Numbered from the stretch's first letter, positions 37,222 through 46,818 are shown. The stretch is 64,000 nt of DNA from Thermoleophilia bacterium (GCA_037139935.1 JBAXFL010000010.1:330-64329), one strand, 5' to 3'. The notes: generated from the letters alone by a model not told the origin. Translations and numbers: made by a program.

Positions 37222-39303
37222 CTAGCTCCCGATCCTGTCCGGCTGCCGTCGGGCGCGCTGTAGCGCACGCTGGATCATAGCTGACTGGTGCTCCACCACC
37301 TTGTGCTGCTTCCTGGGGGGCACCCGTGACCATGACCCATCGCCGGCGAGTGCCCAGGCGTGCGCATCGGTGGCGAAGACGCTGTCCAGGATCTTCCGGA
37401 GCTCCTGTTGAGCCCTGGCATTCTCGATCGGAACGAGAACCTCGACCCGATGATCCAGGTTCCGGGGCATCAGATCGGCGCTCCCGATGAGGATCGTCGA
37501 GGTGTTCTGCGCATCGAAGGAGTAGATGCGGCTGTGCTCGAGGAACCGTCCCAGAATCGAACGAACGTGGATTGTCTCCGAGAGGCCGGCAATGCCGGGC
37601 TTCAGCATGCACACTGACCGGGCACAGATATCGATGTGCACTCCTGCTGCGGCTGCCGCGTACAGCTCGTTGATCACCACCGGGTCAACGAGGTTGTTGA
37701 GCTTGAGTCGGATCCGTGCTTTCTCGCCGTCGCGGGCCGCCTCTGCGACACGGTGGATCTCCTGCACGAGTCGCTCTCGCATCTCGAACGGTGCCACCAG
37801 GAGCTTGCGGAAGCGCTGGGGTCGGCCAAACCCCGTCACGTAGTTGAAGAGATCGGCGACGTCTGCGGTGATGTCCTCGTCGGCTGTGAAGAGACCGACG
37901 TCCTCGTAGAGCCGGGCGGTGGAAGCGTGATAGTTGCCGGTACCGATATGCACGTAGCGGCGCAGGCCACCCTCCTCGCGGCGGACGACGAGGGTCATCT
38001 TCGAGTGGATCTTCATGTCGGGGAAGCCGTGGACGACGTGCACTCCGGCGTACTCCAATTCGCGGGACCAGTCGATGTTTCGCCGTTCGTCGAAGCGCGC
38101 CTTCAGCTCGACAAGACACACGGCCTGCTTCCCCTGCTCGGCACATTCGATCAGGGCAGACACGAGGGCGCTGTCCTCGGACGTCCGGTAGACGGCTGCC
38201 TTCATTGCGATCACGTCGTCGTCGGCCACGGCGGCGGCGGCAAAGGCTTCGAAGCTCGACGTGAAGGAATCGTACGGCTGATGCACGAGCAAGTCATTCC
38301 GTCTGATCTCGTCGAAAAAGTGCCCCGCGTCTCTCGTGCGGGCAAGGCGCGGCCGGGTCACGGGAACCCATGGCTTGTCCTTGAGGTCGGCTCTGTCGAG
38401 CCGCATCAGCTGCATCAGGTCGGCAAGGTCGAGGAGGCCCTCGATCGCGTATAGCTCGTTGACTGTGGCGTCGAGGCCGTCCAGCAGACGGTTGAGCATT
38501 AGCGCTGAGGTGGACACTGACACCTCGATCCGAACCACGTCGCCGAAGCGGCGACGACTGAGTTCCAACTCGACCGCCTGGAGAAGATCGTCGGCGTCGT
38601 CCGACAACTCGAGGTCGGCGTCGCGCGTGACCCGGAAAACCGCATGCTCGGAGATCGTCATCCCAGGGAAGAGCGCCGACAGGAAGTGAGCGATAACCGC
38701 CTCGAGCGGAATGAGACGTTGACCGACGGTGACGAACCGATCAAGCCCCTCCGGCACCTTGACCCTTGCGAACCGTTCCTCGCCCGTGTCGGGATCGACG
38801 GCGAGCACGCAGAGAGAGAGCGACAGTCCAGAGATATACGGAAACGGCTGGCCGGATCCCACGGCGAGGGGCGTCAACACGGGGTAGATCTTCTGCTCGA
38901 ACACATTCCTGAGCGACTCGATCTCCGGGATGGTGCATTCCTCGACCGTCGAGATAATCACTCCGACAGCGGAGAGTGCGGGAAGAAGATCATCTTTCCA
39001 GAGCCGTGCCAGCCGCTCGTTCAATTCGGTGACCCGTTGCTTGATGGTGGCAAGTATCTCCCGAGGAACCAGTCCGTCGGCCGATGGAGCGAGAACGCCG
39101 GCGGCGTTCTGTCCCATCAGGCCTGCAACGCGGACCATGAAGAACTCATCCAGGTTCGACGAGAAGATGGCGCAGAACTTCACGCGCTCGAGCAGCGGCT
39201 GTGTCTCCTCGCAGGCGAGTTCGAGCACCCGGGCATTGAACTCCACCCACGACAGCTCACGGTTGAGGAGGCGTGATGTGGGGTTGTCGTCGAAGGAGGT
39301 CAT
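37222..39303 (-). CDS. ppk: polyphosphate kinase 1
   Basis: 'LLNRELSWVEFNARVLE', the PLD-like repeats 'KIHSKMTLVVRRE' and overall length (693 aa) fit PPK1. Confidence 0.93.
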   Translation of the reverse strand: MTSFDDNPTSRLLNRELSWVEFNARVLELACEETQPLLERVKFCAIFSSNLDEFFMVRVAGLMGQNAAGVLAPSADGLVPREILATIKQRVTELNERLARLWKDDLLPALSAVGVIISTVEECTIPEIESLRNVFEQKIYPVLTPLAVGSGQPFPYISGLSLSLCVLAVDPDTGEERFARVKVPEGLDRFVTVGQRLIPLEAVIAHFLSALFPGMTISEHAVFRVTRDADLELSDDADDLLQAVELELSRRRFGDVVRIEVSVSTSALMLNRLLDGLDATVNELYAIEGLLDLADLMQLMRLDRADLKDKPWVPVTRPRLARTRDAGHFFDEIRRNDLLVHQPYDSFTSSFEAFAAAAVADDDVIAMKAAVYRTSEDSALVSALIECAEQGKQAVCLVELKARFDERRNIDWSRELEYAGVHVVHGFPDMKIHSKMTLVVRREEGGLRRYVHIGTGNYHASTARLYEDVGLFTADEDITADVADLFNYVTGFGRPQRFRKLLVAPFEMRERLVQEIHRVAEAARDGEKARIRLKLNNLVDPVVINELYAAAAAGVHIDICARSVCMLKPGIAGLSETIHVRSILGRFLEHSRIYSFDAQNTSTILIGSADLMPRNLDHRVEVLVPIENARAQQELRKILDSVFATDAHAWALAGDGSWSRVPPRKQHKVVEHQSAMIQRALQRARRQPDRIGS

Positions 39304-39358
39304 CGGGCGGATCGTGTCAGAGCGGGAGCGGAGCGGATCGAGGGGACGCTGATGGGCG

Positions 39359-40447
39359 TTATCCCTCGGCGCCGAGGGCTTTCACGAGCAGGCCCTCGAA
39401 ATGGACGATCAGCCGTTCGGAGACGGGCATCAGCGTCCCCTCGGTCACGAGGCCCGAGCGCATCCCGACCTGAACGCGCTCGACGAGAACGCGATCCTCC
39501 ACACCGACCTGGGTGTCGAGTTCGAGGAAGTCGGCGATCCACTGCTCGTCGGTATCGGGCAGGAAGAAGTAGTCGAGGAAGCGATGGGCGCGCTCGGCGC
39601 CAAGCGGTATGACCGGGCCGATCGACAGGTTGCCGAGACCCGGCATGATATTGATCGTCGTGCTGGGGAAGAGAAGGTGGAACTGCGCGCGGCCAACCTC
39701 TCCTTTCGCGTCGTAGATGCCTCCGCCACCGTTCTTTGGGGGGCCGAACTGCGATGAGAACGTTGGGTGTTCTTCCATGGTGTACGTCCCTGGCGCCACG
39801 TCGATCGCCTTCGAGAAGCTCGGATGCGCGAGGGCACAGTGGTAGCACTCGAGATAGTTCTCGACGCAGACCTTCCAGTTTGCCTCGTACTCGCCTTCCG
39901 ACCGCTGGTAGAAGACGAGTGCATCGACGTCTATCCCACCTTCCGCCACGAGCCCGGGCAGGGCACCGAGATGCTCCTCGAGGGTGCAGCCGGCGGGGTC
40001 AGGGTTGACGAAGACGAAGGGCCCCCAGGTGTCCACGAGCATGGGGACGAGCCCGAGGCCGTCGCGCTCGAAGCCTGGCTCGGTCTCGGAGCGCGGAGCG
40101 GAGCGGAGCGACCCGTCGAGGTCATAGGTCCATGCGTGATACGGGCACTGCAGCGTCTCGCGCTTGCCAGCCCCGTCGCAGAGGAGGTAGCCGCGATGGC
40201 GGCAGACGTTCACGAAGGCCCGGAGCTCGTTGTCGCGGCCACGAATGGTGACGACGGGCACGGTTCCTGCTCGACTCGTCACGAATGATCCAGGCTCGGC
40301 GAGCTCACCGAGATGCCCTGCGTACTGCCAGGTGCGCCTGAAGATCCGGTCCTGCTCCAGTCGAGCGACGGACGGATCCAGATACCAGTCGTAGGGAATC
40401 GTCTTGGGGCTGATCACGGCTGCCATCAGAGAGATGTTAGCGGGCAT
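39359..40447 (-). CDS. Rieske [2Fe-2S] non-heme-iron oxygenase alpha subunit (paralog A)
   Basis: Rieske motif 'CRHRGYLLC...LQCPYHAWTYDLDG'. Catalytic-domain motif 'NYLECYHCALAHP'. About half of its residues match the protein at 62194-63312 by eye. Confidence 0.85.
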   Translation of the reverse strand: MPANISLMAAVISPKTIPYDWYLDPSVARLEQDRIFRRTWQYAGHLGELAEPGSFVTSRAGTVPVVTIRGRDNELRAFVNVCRHRGYLLCDGAGKRETLQCPYHAWTYDLDGSLRSAPRSETEPGFERDGLGLVPMLVDTWGPFVFVNPDPAGCTLEEHLGALPGLVAEGGIDVDALVFYQRSEGEYEANWKVCVENYLECYHCALAHPSFSKAIDVAPGTYTMEEHPTFSSQFGPPKNGGGGIYDAKGEVGRAQFHLLFPSTTINIMPGLGNLSIGPVIPLGAERAHRFLDYFFLPDTDEQWIADFLELDTQVGVEDRVLVERVQVGMRSGLVTEGTLMPVSERLIVHFEGLLVKALGAEG

Positions 40448-40748
40448 ACCCGGCCGAAGATGGCATCGCAGATGCTCGCTAACGATCTGTCTGCAGTGAT
40501 CTGCCCGTGGTCGAGGACTTCGCGAACCTCGTCGAGCAGAAGGCGTCGGGTCTGCTTCGTTGGCCGTGGCTCAGTCACTGCCCTCGTCGCCTGGTGCCGG
40601 CTCAAAACGTCTGAGGCGACCGAGTGGGCGCAGGAGACGTTGGGGCGACTGCCGTCTCATCGTGCACACACGAACCCTTGCGATGTAGGCACCGCCGCCA
40701 TATCCCTCGGATTGCTCCCGGGCGGTCGGGCAGAGTGGGGCGGCGCCG

Positions 40749-42134
40749 TCAGGATGTCAGGTCGTACGCCAGCTCCTCGAACACCGCCACGAACGTGTTG
40801 CAGTTCTCGATCGTGTGCGTGATCGAGAGCGTCCACTCCTCCTCACGGCCCGGGGTCATGAAGATGCCGCGGTTCATGTTGTAGAGCCACGCGAGGGAGC
40901 AAAGCTCCTCGTCCTGGTTCGCCTTGAACGACTCGTAGTCCCTGATCTTCTCGGGCGAGAAGGTGACACAACCCTTCGAGCCGACGCCGACCGAGTAGCC
41001 CGGGAACTCGTACTTCTCGATTACGGCCTGGCAGCCGGCGAGCAGGTGCTCGTTGAGCGCGTCGAGGTGGTTGTAGGCGTCGGGCGTCATGACGTCGAGC
41101 AGGTTGGCGCGGGCCGCCGCCATCGACAACGGATTGCCGTTGTAGGTTCCGACCTGCACGATCTCACCGCTCTCGACCTTCTCGAACACCTCCGTCGTGC
41201 CGCCGATCGCTCCGGACGGGAGGCCGCCACCGAGCGCCTTTGCGAGCGTGACCATGTCGGGCATGACGCCGTACTTCTCGACGGCGCCTCCGGCCGCGAT
41301 GCACATGCCGGTCTTGACCTCGTCGAAGATCAGCAGGATGCCGTGCTTCTTGGTGATCTCGCGGACGGCCTCGAGATAGCCCGGCTCGGGGAGGACGACC
41401 CCGAGATTCATCATCGCGGCCTCCATGATCACACATGCCGGCGCGCGACCCTCCTCGATCAGGTTTTCGATCCGATGTTCCATCGCCTCGGCATCGTTGA
41501 ACGGGACGGCAATCGTCATGTCCACCACGACCTGCGGGATGCCGAGGCCGTACGGGATCGACTGGAGGTCGAAGCGATCGCCGATCGAGTCGTAGTCAAC
41601 ACCGAGCGAGACCATCACGTAGTCGTGGTGGCCGTGGTAGGAGCCGAAGATCTTCACGATCGTGTCGCGCCCGGTGGCGCCTCTTGCGATCCGGATCGCG
41701 TCCATCGTCGCCTCGGAGCCCGAGTTGACGTAGCGCCACTTCTCGAGCCCGAAGCGCCGCACGAGCTCTTCGCCAACGACGATCGCGTCCTCGGTGGGCG
41801 CGGCGAAGTGCGTGCCGAGACCGATCCGGTCGGTCACGGCCTTCGAGATCACGTCATGCGCGTGGCCCTGCACCATCGAGCCGAACCCGTTGTGGAAGTC
41901 GAGATACTCGTTGCCGTCAACGTCCCATACCTGTGCGCCCTTCCCGTGAGAGAGGTAGATCGGCCAGGGGTCGCGCTCTTGGTACGAGGAGGCGACGCCG
42001 CCGACGAGGCTCTTCCGGGCGCGCGCGTAGAACTCCCTCGAGCCCTGTGTCCGTGCATCGAGCTTTGTCGATTCTCGACTGGTTAGCTCCTTGATCCTTG
42101 CACGATCGATAACTACACGGGCTCTGGTCGCCAT
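40749..42134 (-). CDS. class-III (GSA-aminomutase-like) PLP-dependent aminotransferase
   Basis: 'GKGAQVWDVDGNEYLDFHNGFGSMVQGH', 'IFDEVKTG' and 'DMVTLAKALGGGLP' (PLP lysine region). Confidence 0.85.
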   Translation of the reverse strand: MATRARVVIDRARIKELTSRESTKLDARTQGSREFYARARKSLVGGVASSYQERDPWPIYLSHGKGAQVWDVDGNEYLDFHNGFGSMVQGHAHDVISKAVTDRIGLGTHFAAPTEDAIVVGEELVRRFGLEKWRYVNSGSEATMDAIRIARGATGRDTIVKIFGSYHGHHDYVMVSLGVDYDSIGDRFDLQSIPYGLGIPQVVVDMTIAVPFNDAEAMEHRIENLIEEGRAPACVIMEAAMMNLGVVLPEPGYLEAVREITKKHGILLIFDEVKTGMCIAAGGAVEKYGVMPDMVTLAKALGGGLPSGAIGGTTEVFEKVESGEIVQVGTYNGNPLSMAAARANLLDVMTPDAYNHLDALNEHLLAGCQAVIEKYEFPGYSVGVGSKGCVTFSPEKIRDYESFKANQDEELCSLAWLYNMNRGIFMTPGREEEWTLSITHTIENCNTFVAVFEELAYDLTS

Positions 42135-42242
42135 CGTGGGCTACTCCTTGTGGTTCGAGGGACCTCCATAGTGTGCCAGTTAGATCGCATGGTCAACTCC
42201 GTTGGCCTGCCGCGACACCCGGCTGCCGTAGAATCGCGCACG

Positions 42243-43838
42243 ATGACGAATCCGGCGACCGTATCCGACCTGATCGAAGCCGAACTGGCTTCCCTTCACG
42301 CCGCGTCGTCGAGGGCCGTGTGGGACTTCAACATCCTCGCGAACACCACACACGAGGCCCGTCGCATCGAGGCCGAGACGGCTCTGTCGGACTTTCTGGC
42401 CGACGGCGAGCGGTTCGCCATGATCGAGCAGGCGCGCGCGGAAGCGACCGGCACGCCCAGGCGACAACTCGACCTGCTCCGGGCGTCGTTCCTCGCACAT
42501 CAGGTTCCCGCAGGGATACGCAAGCGGATTATCGAGCTGGAGGCCACCGTGGAGATGGCCTTCTCCGTGCACCGCGGCAGTGTCGCCGGAAATCGAGTGG
42601 ACGACAACGTGATTCTGGGCATCCTGCGCGAGAGTGACGACGTAGTGGAGCGGCGGGAGGCGTGGGAGGCCTCGAAGACTGTCGGCGCGGTGGTCGCCAA
42701 CGACGTGCGTGAGCTCGCTCGACTTCGAAACACGGCCGCAAGCGCAGTCGGCCATCGGGACTGGTTTGCGCTGTCGCTCGCGACGTCCGAGCTCGACGAA
42801 GAGAAGCTGTTGGCGACGCTCGAGGAGGTAGACGCTGCGACCGCCGCACCGTTTGCGTGCTGGAAGGCCGACCTCGACGACAGCCTCTCGGCCCGCTTCG
42901 CGTGCCCGGTCGCGGAGCTCGCTCCGTGGCATTACGCAGACCCGTTCTTTCAGGAAGTGCCGGTCGAGGGGGGCGTTGACCTCGATCCCCTGCTCGCGGC
43001 AGGTGACACCGTTGCGCTGTCGGAGAGGACATTCGCTGGAATGGGGCTCGAGACGCGCGCGGTTCTCGACCGCAGCGACCTGTTTCCGCGCGAGGACAAG
43101 TGCCAGCACGCCTTCTGCATCGACATCGACCGGGAGGGCGACGTGCGCGTTCTCGCCAACGTCGTTCCCGGGCAGCGCTGGCTCGACACGATGTTGCACG
43201 AGCTCGGCCATGCGACGTTCGACAATGGGATCGACCCGGGCCTTCCCTGGTTGCTCCGCGACTGTCACACCGTCGTCACCGAGGGCATCGCGATCCTGAT
43301 GGGGCGACTTGCGGGCGACGCTGAATGGCTGGAGCGCGTGCTCGGGACCGATCCCGCCGCCGTCTCTGCGATCGTGGACGACCTCCGTGCTGCGCGCGCC
43401 GCCGAGCTCCTTGTTTTCGCGCGCTGGGTTCTTGTGATGACGCATTTCGAGCGCTCGCTCTACGCCGACCCGGAGGCCGACCTGGATGCTCGGTGGTGGG
43501 AGCTCGTCGAGCGCTATCAGCTGATCCCTGCCCCGGCCGGCCGTCACAGGCCTGACTGGGCAGCCAAGATCCACGTCGCCTGCGTGCCGGTCTACTACCA
43601 CTGTTACCTCTACGGGCATCTCGTCGCCTCTCAGCTCGCCGCCACGCTGGAGCGAGAATGCGGCGGCCTCGTCGATCGTCCGGCGGCAGGCGCGTTGCTC
43701 ACGGGGCGCATCTTCGCCCCCGGGCTCTCGGTGCGATGGGACACGCTGATCGAGCAGGCCACGGGTGAACCGTTGACCGCCACCCACTTCGGCCGACAGA
43801 TAGCGCCTCCGCCTGCGTCCCGGGGGGGCCAACTATGA
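42243..43838 (+). CDS. gluzincin zinc metallopeptidase (M2/M3-like, HExxH)
   Basis: 'TMLHELGHATF' with a downstream 'TEGIA' glutamate. The ATG at 42243 is internal to the track ORF. Subfamily not resolved. Confidence 0.65.
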   Translation: MTNPATVSDLIEAELASLHAASSRAVWDFNILANTTHEARRIEAETALSDFLADGERFAMIEQARAEATGTPRRQLDLLRASFLAHQVPAGIRKRIIELEATVEMAFSVHRGSVAGNRVDDNVILGILRESDDVVERREAWEASKTVGAVVANDVRELARLRNTAASAVGHRDWFALSLATSELDEEKLLATLEEVDAATAAPFACWKADLDDSLSARFACPVAELAPWHYADPFFQEVPVEGGVDLDPLLAAGDTVALSERTFAGMGLETRAVLDRSDLFPREDKCQHAFCIDIDREGDVRVLANVVPGQRWLDTMLHELGHATFDNGIDPGLPWLLRDCHTVVTEGIAILMGRLAGDAEWLERVLGTDPAAVSAIVDDLRAARAAELLVFARWVLVMTHFERSLYADPEADLDARWWELVERYQLIPAPAGRHRPDWAAKIHVACVPVYYHCYLYGHLVASQLAATLERECGGLVDRPAAGALLTGRIFAPGLSVRWDTLIEQATGEPLTATHFGRQIAPPPASRGGQL

Positions 43839-43848
43839 TCAAGGCTCA

Positions 43849-44340
43849 GTGGGATTTGTGCTCAACCATGTCAGCATCGTCGCCCGCGATCTCGAGACGT
43901 CGCTTGGGTTCTACGTGGACGAGCTCGAGCTCGAGCGGCTTCCGACCCCGGACTTCGGGCATCCGGTCGCCTGGCTCCAGGCCGGCAACTGTCAGGTGCA
44001 CCTCTTCGAACGACCGGGTGAGCCGCCGTCTCACGCGCATTTTGCCCTCGAGATCACGGAGTTCATGCCCGTGTACCGACGGATGAAGGAGCTCGGCGTG
44101 CTCGATCACACGACGTTCGGGAACGCGATGTTCGAGCTGCCGGACGGTGGCATCCAGATGTACGTCCGCGACCCGACAGGCAACCTCGTCGAGCTCGATC
44201 ACCCCGATGCGTCAACGATCCCTCGCGACGAGGTTCCCGAGTACATGCGGCTTGCCGATCTCAGGCCGCAGGAGGGCGAAGCCGCGCAGGCAACCCTCTG
44301 GCACGGGCGTCAGGCCGCGACGGCCAGAGCAAGGAGCTAG
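43849..44340 (+). CDS. VOC (glyoxalase/bleomycin-resistance/dioxygenase) family protein
   Basis: 'LNHVSIVARDLETSLGFYVDELEL......HFALEI' is a typical VOC beta-alpha-beta-beta-beta module. Confidence 0.8.
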   Translation: MGFVLNHVSIVARDLETSLGFYVDELELERLPTPDFGHPVAWLQAGNCQVHLFERPGEPPSHAHFALEITEFMPVYRRMKELGVLDHTTFGNAMFELPDGGIQMYVRDPTGNLVELDHPDASTIPRDEVPEYMRLADLRPQEGEAAQATLWHGRQAATARARS

Positions 44341-44394
44341 CGGATCGACGGGCAAGAGGTTCTCCGCGACATCGGCCTGATCCTCGGTGCCGGA

Positions 44395-45591
44395 TTGCTG
44401 GCCGTGCCCGTCGCCACGCTGTTGCGGATCCCCGTGATGCTCGTGCTCGTCGGGGCCGGTGCGCTCGTCGGACCCTCGGTGCTCGGTCTCGTCGAGAACC
44501 CACTCGACGGGATCGGCGCACAACTCGTATTCACCCTCGGTGTCTCGCTGATCCTCTTCCACGGAGGGCTCCAGATCTCGTTGCGCGTGATCTCGCGTAC
44601 CGCCTTCGGGCTCGGCATGCTCGTGTTGCCCGGCGTCGTCGTCACCGCGCTGATCGTCGCCACCGTCACGGCGCCAGTGTTCTCCGTGCCGTTCACGGTG
44701 GCGCTGCTGATCGGCGCCGTCCTGGCTTCGACCGATCCAGCAATCCTGATCCCGTTGTTCGATCGACTGCGTCTCCGCCCCAAGGTCTCCCAGACCGTGA
44801 TCGCCGAGTCTGCGTTCAACGATCCCACCGGCACGATTCTCGCGCTCGCCATCGCAACAGCCATCGTCGGTGGTGGGATCACGATGTCGGACACCGTCCT
44901 CGCCTTCGGGCAGAGCCTTGCGGTCGGCGCGCTCTTCGGTCTCGGCGGCGGCCTTCTACTGGCATTGATGCTTTCGTCCCACAGAATCGGGATCTGGCGT
45001 GAGTCGCCCGCCGTTGCCGTCCTCGCGCTCGTCTCTCTCGAGTACTTCACTGCAGACGAGCTCGGCGGCTCGTCCTATCTTGCCGCGTTCGTGATGGGGC
45101 TCGTCGTCGCCAACTCCGATCTCTTCGGGATCCGTCGCAACGTCGAGCACACCGGCAAGCTCGAGTCGTTCATGGATCAGATCGCGGAGATCGCGGTGCT
45201 TGCGGTGTTCGTCACGCTGGGAATCAACCTACCCTTTGCGGCCCTGCAGGAGTATTTCTGGGGTGGGCTCGTCGTGATGGCCGTCTTCATCTTCGTCGCC
45301 CGGCCGGTGACCGTGCTCGTCTGTCTCCTGCCAGACCGGCGCGGCGAGTGGACGTGGCAGGAGCTCGCGTTTCTCTGCTGGTGCCGTGAAACGGGGGTGG
45401 TTCCTGCGGCGGTAGCAAGCCTGCTGCTCGCCCGGCAGGTCGAGGGTGCAGAGATCGCCGTTGCCCTCGTGGCGATGGCGATCGTCATCACGCTCCTGCT
45501 CCAGGCGACGACCGCCGGCTTGCTTGCCCGGCGGCTCGGCCTTACCGAGGGTGGCGACCGGCTTTCCTCGGGCCCGGAGGTCGTCCGGTAG
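44395..45591 (+). CDS. cation:proton antiporter (CPA1, Na+/H+ exchanger family); start uncertain
   Basis: Polytopic protein with 'ASTDPAILIPLF' and 'ESAFNDPTGTILA' motifs. The first canonical in-frame start (TTG 44395) lies inside the predicted TM1. See the finding on 44331-44397. Confidence 0.8.
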   Translation: MLAVPVATLLRIPVMLVLVGAGALVGPSVLGLVENPLDGIGAQLVFTLGVSLILFHGGLQISLRVISRTAFGLGMLVLPGVVVTALIVATVTAPVFSVPFTVALLIGAVLASTDPAILIPLFDRLRLRPKVSQTVIAESAFNDPTGTILALAIATAIVGGGITMSDTVLAFGQSLAVGALFGLGGGLLLALMLSSHRIGIWRESPAVAVLALVSLEYFTADELGGSSYLAAFVMGLVVANSDLFGIRRNVEHTGKLESFMDQIAEIAVLAVFVTLGINLPFAALQEYFWGGLVVMAVFIFVARPVTVLVCLLPDRRGEWTWQELAFLCWCRETGVVPAAVASLLLARQVEGAEIAVALVAMAIVITLLLQATTAGLLARRLGLTEGGDRLSSGPEVVR

Positions 45592-45735
45592 CTGCGCGGG
45601 TGACGTCTCCGGTGTGGGGGGCGACCCGGCTGTCGATGTGATCCCACCCGTCCAGCAGTCAGGTGTCCAGGTCGGCGGCGAGATCTGGTCGGCAGGCGAC
45701 CGACGCCAGCGCAAGGATCATGGTATTTTCTTCAT

Positions 45736-46272
45736 ATGAGGCATGTATCCCGCGTTGGGCAGACCGGAATGATGGTGGCGCTTCTGGTCGGAATGGGGCT
45801 TCTTCTCGCCGGTTGCGGGAGTTCCTCCGGTCAATCCACCGGGTCTGCCAACCTGGACGGCACTATCTGGTGCTCGCCTCAGCAGCATGCACGTGTTGCT
45901 GTAGACCGCCTCGGTGTCGTGGCCGTGAAGAAAGGCAAAGACGTCTGCCTCAGCTTCAAGTCGGAATCGGGGCTTTACGTCACAAAGGTCGTGTGGTGGA
46001 ACGAGAGCAAGGGCATCCATGTCGTAGAGTGGGCGATCGCCGTTCCTCTCAGCGAAGAGAGACTGGCGTACCGGGAGACCGAACATCTCGGACACCCTGA
46101 TTTCCCGGGCGTCAGTGGGACGGGCGAAGTCATCCTTACATCGGATACCCGGATGACGATCTGGCAACTTGGAAACCTCTATGACGGTTCTGCTGCGGGG
46201 TTCACAACGACCCTCGACAAGGTTGACGCGATCCCCGAGATCGCGGTACCGACCACCTATCCCAAGCCCTGA
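45736..46272 (+). CDS. lipoprotein, unknown function
   Basis: Signal peptide with lipobox 'LLLAGC'. Codon third positions are less G/C-biased than in neighbouring genes. No family recognised. Confidence 0.6.
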   Translation: MRHVSRVGQTGMMVALLVGMGLLLAGCGSSSGQSTGSANLDGTIWCSPQQHARVAVDRLGVVAVKKGKDVCLSFKSESGLYVTKVVWWNESKGIHVVEWAIAVPLSEERLAYRETEHLGHPDFPGVSGTGEVILTSDTRMTIWQLGNLYDGSAAGFTTTLDKVDAIPEIAVPTTYPKP

Positions 46273-46440
46273 CCTGACGCAATTTCCACCCACCGACGGA
46301 ATCGCAATGCCGGTCGCCACGGAAAGCGGCTACGCACTGTTTCGATCGGCACCGATGGCCGGGGTGGTTACCGAGTGCGCGGCACCGGCGTGAGCAGAGG
46401 CCACGCTCGCTGAACTGAAGTCACCTCGGGGGAGTCGTCA

Positions 46441-46755
46441 CTAGCTTTCCTGCGCACCCCGGGCCTTCGCATTACGCGTCACAGGACGCTCCTCACGACT
46501 CCCCTCGAAATGCAGCAAAGGCAGCAACCGCCCCGGTCGCCGATCCGCATCGACCGCGCGATACACCGCACCGAGAACACCCGGAACCGCCTGCCATTGG
46601 TCGGGCGGCAGTGGCTCGTCTTTGCCGTGCAGCGCCGCATCCGGATCAGCGATGAACGCCGCCGCGGCCCCCGGCGATCGAGCCGAACGACTTCCGCGGC
46701 CATCCGCCCCGCCCTCGTCATCTGACCAACAGAAAAGGACATGCTCTCCGACCAA
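46441..46755 (-). CDS. doubtful hypothetical ORF
   Basis: TTG start, no RBS, weak codon bias and an overlapping alternative frame that looks equally plausible. Listed only because the roughly 590-bp region otherwise has no gene. Confidence 0.2.
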   Translation of the reverse strand: MVGEHVLFCWSDDEGGADGRGSRSARSPGAAAAFIADPDAALHGKDEPLPPDQWQAVPGVLGAVYRAVDADRRPGRLLPLLHFEGSREERPVTRNAKARGAQES

Positions 46756-46818
46756 TCGTGGCCGCGACAGGGCAGACCCGGTGCCTAACGAATGTCCCTC
46801 TGGGCAGGCAGCCCACGC

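Noticed and set aside
42180-43832. 550-aa minus-strand ORF, and the 423-aa plus-strand ORF at 40815-42086
   Set aside because: These are shadow ORFs opposite the metallopeptidase and the aminotransferase respectively. The opposite-strand products have clear family motifs.
46306-46392. 28-aa ATG ORF (MPVATESGYALFRSAPMAGVVTECAAPA) as a possible RiPP precursor
   Set aside because: It has no RBS, and no cyclase, dehydratase, protease or ABC-maturation genes lie nearby. It sits in a region with several equally weak overlapping ORFs.
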